The notes under the pieces were generated by a model that searched no databases, had not been told where the DNA came from, and saw only the letters and a list, made by a program, of their open reading frames with translations. The position numbers and the translations under genes were made by a program. Positions 56,374-64,000 of a stretch of 64,000 nt of DNA are shown piece after piece (within the stretch, counting starts at the first letter, position 1; each line of letters opens with the position of its first letter). The stretch is taken from positions 678 through 64,677 of the forward strand of contig RFMI01000093.1 of the NCBI GenBank assembly GCA_009927815.1. The letters are read 5' to 3'. Source of the DNA: Betaproteobacteria bacterium (GTDB lineage Bacteria > Pseudomonadota > Gammaproteobacteria > Burkholderiales > UBA3065).

Positions 56374-57390
56374 TCAGGGTGCGGCGATCTGATCGGTGCA
56401 GGCCTGCAGCAGGGCGTTGACCACCTCGCTGCGGCGCATCTCGTAATTCGGATACAGGAAGATGCGATGGGCCACCGTTTCGCGCAAGGCGCCGTGCAAG
56501 TCTTCCGGGACCAGCTGGGTGCGGCCCTGCAGCCAAGCTTCGACCCGCGCCGCCCGCAGCATCAGGCTCATGCCGCGCGGGCTGGCGCCGGCCTCGACCA
56601 GACGGTTGGTGTCGATGCCGTCGATGCGGATGCCGGCCTCTCCGGGTCGGCGCAAGGCGCGCCACAAGCGCACCGCGTATTGCTGCAGCGCCGGGCTGGC
56701 GGTAACCGACTCTTGGATCAGCTTGCCGATGCCGTTGAGCTCGGTGTAGGGCATCACCGCTTCCGGAACTTGCGAGATCAGCGCATCGCCGTCGTGGAAG
56801 CGGGTGTTGAACATCAGATCGGTCTGAATCGCCTCGTCGCTCGGCGTCTCGATCTGGATCTCCATCAGGAAGCGGTCGCGTGCCGCCGAGGAGATCTCGA
56901 AGGTCTCTTCCTTCTCGATGCGGTTGCGGTCGGCAAACACTTGCAGATGCGGGAACTGGTATTCGCGGTTGAAGGCGTTGACGCTGCGTTCGGCCATGAT
57001 CCGCAGCAGCAGCGAGTGCACTTGCGGTCGGGCACGGTTGATTTCGTTGAAGAAGAAGGTCGAGAGGTGGGCGCCGTGTTTGAGGATGGGGCCGGCATCG
57101 ACGCGCGGGCGGCCGTCTTCACCGATGTAGGTGTAGTAGACAAGGTCGGTCGGCATCAGGTCGACGGTGCCCTCGATGCGCTCGTAGGCGCCGCCGACAG
57201 CACGCGCCACTGCGCGCAGCAGCGTGGTCTTGCCGACGCCGACGTCGCCCTCGAGCAGAACGTGGCCGCGCGCGAACACCGCCAAGGTGATCAGGTGGAT
57301 GGCGCGATCCTGACCCACGACGGCGGTCTTCAATGCGGCTTCAAAGGTGTTGGCGCGATCACGCCAGTCGGCAAGCAGATTCTCGGACAC
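56374..57390 (-). CDS. mxaR: MoxR-family AAA+ ATPase (MxaR)
   Basis: ARGHVLLEGDVGVGKTT, DLMPTD, FFNEINRA, DRF, SPR; GTG start with GAGGA RBS (ATG at 57408 also possible). Confidence 0.9.
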   Translation of the reverse strand: MSENLLADWRDRANTFEAALKTAVVGQDRAIHLITLAVFARGHVLLEGDVGVGKTTLLRAVARAVGGAYERIEGTVDLMPTDLVYYTYIGEDGRPRVDAGPILKHGAHLSTFFFNEINRARPQVHSLLLRIMAERSVNAFNREYQFPHLQVFADRNRIEKEETFEISSAARDRFLMEIQIETPSDEAIQTDLMFNTRFHDGDALISQVPEAVMPYTELNGIGKLIQESVTASPALQQYAVRLWRALRRPGEAGIRIDGIDTNRLVEAGASPRGMSLMLRAARVEAWLQGRTQLVPEDLHGALRETVAHRIFLYPNYEMRRSEVVNALLQACTDQIAAP

Positions 57391-57584
57391 GCCGTTTTCC
57401 TCGGACATTAGTAAGGTCAAGACCGAGTTGAAAGCTAGCACAAATCGATTCGGCTTTTATCCCGCCGAAAGGCATAGGCCGCCGCACGCCGGAACTCTCG
57501 GCGATGCACGCATTCTGAGTAGGGCTTGGCGCACAATCGCGCCGCGGCGTCGGTGACGACGTGACCATTAGAGGAACTCGACGT

Positions 57585-58394
57585 ATGAACACTCACAACC
57601 GCGGCTTGCTGGCCGCAAGATTCCTAGTTGTAGCCGCAGGCACGGCGCTGGCGCTCTCAGCAGTTGCCGCGGATGCACCGGTCGCTGCTGACAAGCCGGC
57701 GGCGTCCAATAAGGATATCGGCCCGGTTAAGCCGACCAAGCCGCAGTACGACACGGGCCTTAAGCCCAAGGAGGAAATCACCGCCGCCGAGCAGATGGTC
57801 TTTCTCGATGAGCATCTCGCCAATATCAAGGCCTCTGCCACGCTGACCTACGCGTTTACCAAGCAAGGCTCGATGGAAAAAGGGTTCTCGGACAGCGTTG
57901 AGGAGGCAGTCACCCTCAATGGCAAGAGCCGCACGGTTAAGGCCAAATTCCTGAGTGGGCTCAATAGCAAGGAGTTCGCGCCGATCGACGAGGCTTTGAG
58001 CAACCCGGTCATCCTGCATTTTCTCGAGCGCGATCTGGCCGAGATGCAACGTCTGACCAGCGGTCAGCCCAACTATTTCCGCAAACGCATCCGCTTGGCA
58101 TTGGCCGAGGGCCCGGAGGCCAAGCCGGTCAAGTTTACGTTCAATGGCAAGCCAGTCGACGCCAAGGCGGTTTCAGTTGAGCCTTACATCACCGACCCGA
58201 TGGTCAACGACCCGTCACGCGCGGCCTACAAGCGCTACCGCGGCAAGCGTTACACCTTTGTGTTCTCGGACGCCGTGCCAGGCAAGGTGGCCGAGATGCG
58301 CTTCACCATCCCCGACATGGGCTTGGCTGGTGAGTCTGCGTTCGAGAAGCCGCTGCTCGAAGAGGTGTTGACCCTGCAGGGCCCCAAGAAGTAA
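57585..58394 (+). CDS. Hypothetical secreted protein
   Basis: RBS GAGGA, Sec-type signal ending AVA-ADA, host-like codon usage, followed by a terminator. Confidence 0.75.
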   Translation: MNTHNRGLLAARFLVVAAGTALALSAVAADAPVAADKPAASNKDIGPVKPTKPQYDTGLKPKEEITAAEQMVFLDEHLANIKASATLTYAFTKQGSMEKGFSDSVEEAVTLNGKSRTVKAKFLSGLNSKEFAPIDEALSNPVILHFLERDLAEMQRLTSGQPNYFRKRIRLALAEGPEAKPVKFTFNGKPVDAKAVSVEPYITDPMVNDPSRAAYKRYRGKRYTFVFSDAVPGKVAEMRFTIPDMGLAGESAFEKPLLEEVLTLQGPKK

Positions 58395-58415
58395 GCCGAG
58401 TCTGTGCTGCACCCC

Positions 58416-58446
58416 AACAGGCCCGTCGATGACGGGCCTGTTTGCT
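58416..58446 (+). terminator. Putative terminator closing the island
   Basis: AACAGGCCCGTC-GAT-GACGGGCCTGTT followed by TGCTT. Confidence 0.65.
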
Positions 58447-58541
58447 TGTTGGCCGATGACACGACTGTTACCATCGCGCGCCGGCTCAAGAGCCAATGTG
58501 TGTTCAACTCGCAGGAGCGGCCCTCACCGGCCCGCCAGACC

Positions 58542-59609
58542 ATGACCAAGCCCCAGACCGACGACACCCGTATCCGCCAGAGCGACGTTTTGCTCGCCCC
58601 GATGCAATTGCTGCGCGAGCTCGACGCCAGCGAAGCGGCGTTGGCCGTGACCGCCGAGGCGCGCGAGGGTATTCACCGCATCTTGCGCGGTGAGGACGAC
58701 CGGCTGGTGGTGGTGGTCGGCCCGTGTTCGATTCATGATCCGAAGGCCGCGATGGACTACGCACAGCGCCTCAAGGCCCTGTTGCCGGAGGTCGATCGTG
58801 AGCTGCTGGTGGTGATGCGCGTCTACTTCGAGAAGCCACGCACTACGGTCGGCTGGAAGGGTCTGATCAACGACCCGCACCTCAACGAGACCTATGACAT
58901 CAACGAGGGCCTGCGCCTGGCACGCAAGATCCTGCTCGACATCAACGAGCTCGGCCTGCCCTGCGGCACCGAGTTCCTCGACCTGATCAGCCCGCAATAC
59001 ATTGCCGATCTGGTCGCTTGGGGCGCCATCGGCGCCCGCACCACCGAGTCGCAGTCGCATCGCCAGCTCGCTTCGGGCCTGAGCTGTCCGGTGGGTTTCA
59101 AGAACGGCACCGATGGCAACATTCGCATCGCTGTTGACGCGATGCGCGCCGCTGCTGCGTCGCACAGCTTCATCTCGGTGACCAAGACCGGTCAGGTCGC
59201 AGTGTTCGAGACCGCGGGCAACGAGGACTGCCACGTCATTTTGCGGGGCGGCAAGTCCACCAACTTCGACGCCGCCAGTGTCGACGCCGCGTGCAACGAA
59301 CTGGCCGCCGCCAAGCAGCGGCCGCAGGTGATGATCGATTTCTCGCATGCCAATTCGAGCAAGCAGCACCAAAAGCAAATCGAGGTGGGCGCCGACGTCG
59401 CCGGGCAGATCGCTGGCGGCGAGACGCGCGTTATGGGCGTGATGATCGAGAGCCACCTCAAGGCGGGTCGTCAAGACTTGGTGGTGGGGCAGTCGCTTGA
59501 GTATGGCCAGTCGATCACCGACGCCTGCATCTCGTGGGATGACACGGCGCCGCTGCTGCGCCAGTTGGCTCAGGCGGTCGCGACGCGCCGCCAACGCCAG
59601 TCCGCCTGA
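58542..59609 (+). CDS. aroG: DAHP synthase, class I-alpha (AroF/G/H type)
   Basis: GPCSIHD, YFEKPRTTVGWKG, IGARTTESQ, SHANS, SITDAC; paralog assignment uncertain. Confidence 0.93.
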   Translation: MTKPQTDDTRIRQSDVLLAPMQLLRELDASEAALAVTAEAREGIHRILRGEDDRLVVVVGPCSIHDPKAAMDYAQRLKALLPEVDRELLVVMRVYFEKPRTTVGWKGLINDPHLNETYDINEGLRLARKILLDINELGLPCGTEFLDLISPQYIADLVAWGAIGARTTESQSHRQLASGLSCPVGFKNGTDGNIRIAVDAMRAAAASHSFISVTKTGQVAVFETAGNEDCHVILRGGKSTNFDAASVDAACNELAAAKQRPQVMIDFSHANSSKQHQKQIEVGADVAGQIAGGETRVMGVMIESHLKAGRQDLVVGQSLEYGQSITDACISWDDTAPLLRQLAQAVATRRQRQSA

Positions 59610-59639
59610 GCGGCCACCAAGCACCACTGCGGGCGCGGC

Positions 59640-60473
59640 GTGCAGCGCATCCACAGCGTCGCTGACTTGCACGCGGCCCTTGCAGGGGCGCGCTCCAGCG
59701 TGCTGGTGCCGACCATGGGCAACCTCCACGAGGGGCACCTGCAACTGGTCCGTCACGCGGGGAGTCTGGGCGCACCCGTGGTCGCCAGTGTCTTCGTCAA
59801 CCGGCTGCAATTCGGCGTTGGCGAGGACTTCGACCGCTATCCCCGCACCCTTGACGACGACGCGACGGCGCTGGCTGGCGCCGGCTGCGACATCCTGTTC
59901 GCGCCGGATGAGCGCGAACTCTACCCGCACCCACAGCAGATCCTGATCCAGCCGCCTCCCGAAGCGGACCAGCTCTGTGGCGCGCACCGCGCGGGCCACT
60001 TTGCTGGCGTGCTGACGGTGGTCAACAAGCTATTCAATCTGGTGCAACCGGCAGCGGCAGTGTTTGGCGAGAAGGATTTTCAGCAGCTTTGGCTGATTCG
60101 CAGCATGGTGGCGCAGCTGGCGATGCCGGTGCGCGTCGTCGGGCACCCGACGGCCCGTGCGGATGATGGCTTGGCCCTCTCTAGTCGCAATCGCTACTTA
60201 AGTGCTGCCGAACGCACGGAGGCGCCGCAGCTCTACCAAGCCCTGTGCCGGGTGCGCGACCGGGCTTGTGGCGGTCATTGGGACCCGCAGGCGCTGGCGG
60301 CCGGGGCTGAGCGCGAGCTGGAAGCGCGCGGCTGGCGCGTCGACTACGTTGCGCTGCGGGATGCCGTCAGCCTGCGCGAGCCCGACGCGCGCACCCGCGA
60401 TTGGGTGGTGTTGGCCGCCGCCCGGCTCGGCGATACCCGGCTGATCGACAACCTGATGTTTCGCCGCCTCTAG
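59640..60473 (+). CDS. panC: Pantoate-beta-alanine ligase
   Basis: VPTMGNLHEGH, FGEKDFQQ, GLALSSRN, RLIDN. Confidence 0.97.
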   Translation: MQRIHSVADLHAALAGARSSVLVPTMGNLHEGHLQLVRHAGSLGAPVVASVFVNRLQFGVGEDFDRYPRTLDDDATALAGAGCDILFAPDERELYPHPQQILIQPPPEADQLCGAHRAGHFAGVLTVVNKLFNLVQPAAAVFGEKDFQQLWLIRSMVAQLAMPVRVVGHPTARADDGLALSSRNRYLSAAERTEAPQLYQALCRVRDRACGGHWDPQALAAGAERELEARGWRVDYVALRDAVSLREPDARTRDWVVLAAARLGDTRLIDNLMFRRL

Positions 60474-61552
60474 CCCACCAGGGTCATGCGGATCAGTTCT
60501 TGCTGGTTGCGCGTGCCAGTTTTGCGAAAGATCGACGACAGCTGACAACGTACAGTGCGCTCGCTGGTGCCAAGCAGGGCGGCGATGCCGGCGGGCGTCT
60601 GTCCCGACCGCACCAAATGCACCATGACCCGCTTTTCGGCGCGGCTCAAGGCAAAGGCTTCAGCCTGGCGCTCGATCTTGAGCATGATGTCGCGCTTGAG
60701 TTCGTGCACCAGCACCATCAAGTGTTCCGGGCGCTCGTCGCTGCGGCCGTTGGCGCCATAGATCGGCAAGACGTCGAAGCTGACCTGTCCACCGTCCGGG
60801 CTCATGGCGATGGTACGGATCTCCTCGCCGGTCCAGCCGGCGAGGATCGCTTCACGTAAGACCAGCTCAGCTTGGCGATCCGGCAAGGTCAGTCGTCCGT
60901 GTTCAAGGCGCGCGATGTCGGACCGCAGCAGAAAGCTGCGCGCCAAGGGATTGCAGTCCACTACGCGGTCGTTGGCGTCGATCACCAGCCAGGCCTCACC
61001 CAGATGCAGCACCGCGGTGCTGTGGAAGCTGGCGGTGCGTTGCTTGCGCGCCAGAGCGCGTTGCATCCGCGCCGCGCCCAGCAGGTGCTGCGACACCAGC
61101 AGTCGCAGGTCTTGCTGCTGCGACGAGAACCGCACGCGACCCTCGGCGTGTGCCACGCTCAGATGGGCAGGGGCGCAGCCTTCAATCGCATCGATTTCGG
61201 GGATGACCACGGTGAGCACCCGGCCGCGGCCGCTGGCCGGCTTCACATCGCGGGCGAAGGCGGCATCGTCGACCGTGCGGGGCGCTCGAGCACTGTGATC
61301 GCTAACCCGTCGTGTCGTCGCTGCCGGCTGAGCGTATTCGCCGGGAAGGCGCTCGGCCTGATTACTGTCGACGTTGTAGTAGCCGTCGCCGAGCAGCTTG
61401 ACCGCTTCGCCTTCGGTGTGACACAAGACCACGGCATCGGCATCGAACAGGTGCGCGAGCCGCTCGGCAACCTCTCGCCACAACGACGGGTTCATTGCCG
61501 CTTGGTACATCGTCGCGACCGTGCCCGAAAAGTCCGGGGTGTCCATGTTCAT
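60470..61552 (-). CDS. LuxR-type HTH transcriptional regulator with a PAS-like central domain
   Basis: C-terminal LSRAEKRV...IAALLGTSERTVRCQLSSIFRKTGTRNQQEL; central LVIDANDRVVDCN. Confidence 0.85.
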   Translation of the reverse strand: MNMDTPDFSGTVATMYQAAMNPSLWREVAERLAHLFDADAVVLCHTEGEAVKLLGDGYYNVDSNQAERLPGEYAQPAATTRRVSDHSARAPRTVDDAAFARDVKPASGRGRVLTVVIPEIDAIEGCAPAHLSVAHAEGRVRFSSQQQDLRLLVSQHLLGAARMQRALARKQRTASFHSTAVLHLGEAWLVIDANDRVVDCNPLARSFLLRSDIARLEHGRLTLPDRQAELVLREAILAGWTGEEIRTIAMSPDGGQVSFDVLPIYGANGRSDERPEHLMVLVHELKRDIMLKIERQAEAFALSRAEKRVMVHLVRSGQTPAGIAALLGTSERTVRCQLSSIFRKTGTRNQQELIRMTLVG

Positions 61553-61684
61553 GGTCTGTCTTCCATTGGATGAGTAACGTACAGCCATGGCAGGACGGCG
61601 GCAAGCCGGCGGTGCTTTGGCCTCCCGAACCCTCGTGCAGCGGTGCCTTGGGTTCAGACTCAATCTACGTTGACAGTTTTTCTT

Positions 61685-61698
61685 TTGACATCGGTCAA
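61685..61698. promoter_or_regulatory. FNR/CRP-family-like palindrome
   Basis: TTGAC-ATCG-GTCAA upstream of the LuxR-type gene. Confidence 0.5.
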
Positions 61699-61706
61699 GT
61701 GGACGA

Positions 61707-61737
61707 CAAAAAACCCGGCCTGGGCCGGGTTTTTTTG
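61707..61737. terminator. Terminator downstream of hns
   Basis: AAAAAACCCGGCC-TG-GGCCGGGTTTTTTT. Confidence 0.85.
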
Positions 61738-61752
61738 CGGATGCTGTGGCGC

Positions 61753-62076
61753 TTACGCTGCAAGTTGGTCGAGACTCTTGCCGCCGCTGAGCCACGCCTC
61801 GATCCAACGCGGCCGCTTGCCGCGCCCGGTCCAGGTCAGGCTGGCATCGTCGGGGTGGCGGTACTTGACCGCGACTTTGCCACGCACACTGCCGCTGGCA
61901 CGCCCGGCGCCCTTGGCAGCGACCAGGTCATCGAGCGATAGGCCCAGTTCGGCCGCGCGGCGGCGAAATTCGTTAACCAGCCCGTCGGCTTCCGATTTAC
62001 GGCGCTGGTTCAATTCGCGTTCGATGTCTTTTTGCAGGGTGGTCAGTTCGCTGACCGAAAGACGGCTGATATCCAT
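61753..62076 (-). CDS. hns: H-NS family nucleoid protein
   Basis: N-terminal coiled coil; KYRHP...TWTGRGKRPRWI DNA-binding motif; AT-richer upstream region. Confidence 0.9.
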   Translation of the reverse strand: MDISRLSVSELTTLQKDIERELNQRRKSEADGLVNEFRRRAAELGLSLDDLVAAKGAGRASGSVRGKVAVKYRHPDDASLTWTGRGKRPRWIEAWLSGGKSLDQLAA

Positions 62077-62390
62077 TGTGTCGTGCCTCTTGTTTGATTG
62101 AGCGTTGGTTTTTATTGAGGGTTGTTTGCGCGTTCAGTATGGCTTTTGGATTCGATCAGGTTTCCACCACGCAAATATCAGCAGGCGGTTTAACCAAACC
62201 GAAGCCGTCAATATATCCCAAATCAAACGATAATGCGGCGAATCCATGCAAGAAGCCGATTGCGGGCGAACACTCGAATAATCGATCGGCCGAATCGGAC
62301 AGTCATAATCGCTCCGACCGGCAACTGTGTGACCGCGAGTGCCAAGCCGTCCGGTGCTAACATCTGTAGCTTCTTCAGCAAGGATTCGAC

Positions 62391-63506
62391 GTGTCAGGCA
62401 ACAGCATCGGCACCCTGTTTAGAGTCAGTTCGTTCGGCGAATCGCATGGCCCCGCCATCGGTTGCGTGGTCGACGGTTGCCCGCCGGGGTTGACACTCGA
62501 CCTTGAGGCCATCCAGCGCGACCTTGATCGCCGCAAGCCGGGGACGTCGCGGCACGTCACCCAGCGTGCCGAGGACGATCGGGTGGAGGTGCTGTCCGGC
62601 GTGTTCGAGGGGCGCACCACTGGCACGCCGATTGCGCTGTTGATTCGCAACACCGACCAGCGCAGTGGCGACTACAGCAAGATTGCGCGCACTTTCCGCC
62701 CCGGCCATGCGGATTACACCTACTGGCATAAATATGGCGTTCGCGATTATCGCGGCGGCGGTCGCTCGTCGGCGCGTGAGACTGCTGTCCGTGTGGCTGC
62801 CGGTGCGATCGCCAAGCAATGGCTTTCATCGCGATTCGGTATCGACATTCATGGTTGGATGAGCCAACTCGGCGAGCTGGCGATTCCCTACACCGATCGC
62901 AGCGAAATCGATCGCAACGCATTTTTCGCGCCGGATGCGGCGAGCGTGACACGTCTCGAGGCACTGATGGACGCGGTGCGCAGCGAGCGCGACTCGGTTG
63001 GCGCGCGCATCGAGGTGATGGCGCGCGGTGTCCCGGTGGGCTGGGGGCAGCCAGTGTTTGACCGCCTCGACGCCGACATTGCCCACGCCATGATGGGCAT
63101 TAACGCGGTCAAGGCAGTGTCGATCGGCGACGGCTTCGACGTGGTGGCGCAGCGTGGCTCCCTCCACGGCGACGAACTTACGCCGCGTGGCTTTGCGAGC
63201 AACCATGCCGGCGGCGTGCTCGGGGGCATTAGCACCGGTCAGGACATTCGCGTGAGTCTTGCGATCAAGCCGACCTCGAGCATCCCTCAGCTGCGCCATT
63301 CGATCGACATCGAGGGTCAGCCGGTCGAGATGCAGACGACCGGTCGCCATGATCCTTGCGTCGGCATCCGTGCCACACCGATCGCCGAGGCCATGCTGGC
63401 GCTGGTGCTGATCGACCACGCGCTAATGCACCGCGCTCAATGCGGCGATGTCGCCACCCTGACCCCAGCCATTCCCGGCCGCATCGCCGACGAGCCGGGC
63501 GCTTGA
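62391..63506 (+). CDS. aroC: Chorismate synthase
   Basis: [40 protein letters not shown]. Confidence 0.98.
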   Translation: MSGNSIGTLFRVSSFGESHGPAIGCVVDGCPPGLTLDLEAIQRDLDRRKPGTSRHVTQRAEDDRVEVLSGVFEGRTTGTPIALLIRNTDQRSGDYSKIARTFRPGHADYTYWHKYGVRDYRGGGRSSARETAVRVAAGAIAKQWLSSRFGIDIHGWMSQLGELAIPYTDRSEIDRNAFFAPDAASVTRLEALMDAVRSERDSVGARIEVMARGVPVGWGQPVFDRLDADIAHAMMGINAVKAVSIGDGFDVVAQRGSLHGDELTPRGFASNHAGGVLGGISTGQDIRVSLAIKPTSSIPQLRHSIDIEGQPVEMQTTGRHDPCVGIRATPIAEAMLALVLIDHALMHRAQCGDVATLTPAIPGRIADEPGA

Positions 63507-64000
63507 CCGGCCCGGCGCGGCGCTTTGCCGCCTACTATTTCTTCTATTTCGCGTTCGTTGGCGTCTTCTCGCCGTACTGGTCGCTGTACCTGAAGCATCT
63601 CGGGTTTGGCGCCTTCGACATCGCCGTACTGATGTCGCTGCTGCAGGTGACGCGGGTGTTTGCGCCGGCGTTGTGGGGTTGGTTGGCCGACCACCTTGGC
63701 CGGCAGGCAGTGGTGGTTCGGGCGGCGGCCTTGGCCGGGATGTTGGTGTTCCTGCCGGTGTTCTGGGTGCGCGACTTTGCCGGCATGTTTGCGACCATGC
63801 TGCTCATAGCCTTCTTCTGGAGCGCGTCGCTGCCGCTGGTAGAGGCGATGACGCTGGGCCACCTCGACCGCAACACCGCCCACTATGGCCGCATCCGTCT
63901 GTGGGGCTCGGTCGGTTTCGTGTTGACGGTGCTCGGCTGCGGCTGGTGGCTCGACCACGCCAGCATCGACGCGCTGCCGTGGCTCGTGTTGGCGCTGCTG
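63503..64000 (+). CDS. MFS transporter (HcaT/PPP-like), N-terminal part, runs off the window
   Basis: Open frame from a TTG overlapping the aroC stop: [19 protein letters not shown]...WGWLADHLG...[12 protein letters not shown]; absent from the ORF track because it has no stop. Confidence 0.85.
   Translation, partial: MTGPARRFAAYYFFYFAFVGVFSPYWSLYLKHLGFGAFDIAVLMSLLQVTRVFAPALWGWLADHLGRQAVVVRAAALAGMLVFLPVFWVRDFAGMFATMLLIAFFWSASLPLVEAMTLGHLDRNTAHYGRIRLWGSVGFVLTVLGCGWWLDHASIDALPWLVLALL

Noticed and set aside
38062..58394. Island as a recently acquired mobile element
   Set aside because: No mobility genes or boundary repeats seen; composition looks similar to the flanks

Overview
GC-rich chromosomal segment, most likely from a betaproteobacterium (inferred from gene order and protein similarity). 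About two thirds is core genome: smr-trxB, hpnCDE squalene synthesis, tRNA-Leu-tig-clpP-clpX-lon-hupB-tRNA-Val-tRNA-Asp-ppiD, fabI, a peptide-type ABC transporter, proB-obgE-rpmA-rplU, ispB-tRNA-Pro-ampD, class Ia nrdAB, nth, lolC/E-lolD-thiG-trmB, greB, DAHP synthase-panC, hns and aroC. The standout is a ~20 kb C1/quinoprotein island (38062-58394) around a lanthanide-type PQQ methanol dehydrogenase, xoxF. It holds xoxJ, MxaE/MxaD-like genes and mxaRSACKL, but no mxaFI and no cytochrome c. It also holds a SoxYZ-like carrier with a SoxH-like metallohydrolase, an NDH-2/TolC/MFP/heavy-metal RND operon, a pterin-carbinolamine dehydratase and an unknown secreted protein. Four genes (clpP, lon, lolC/E, mxaC) are broken by apparent single-base deletions that look like sequencing errors. 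I saw no CRISPR array, integrase, transposase or prophage gene. Product calls come from motif recognition by eye, not from database searches.
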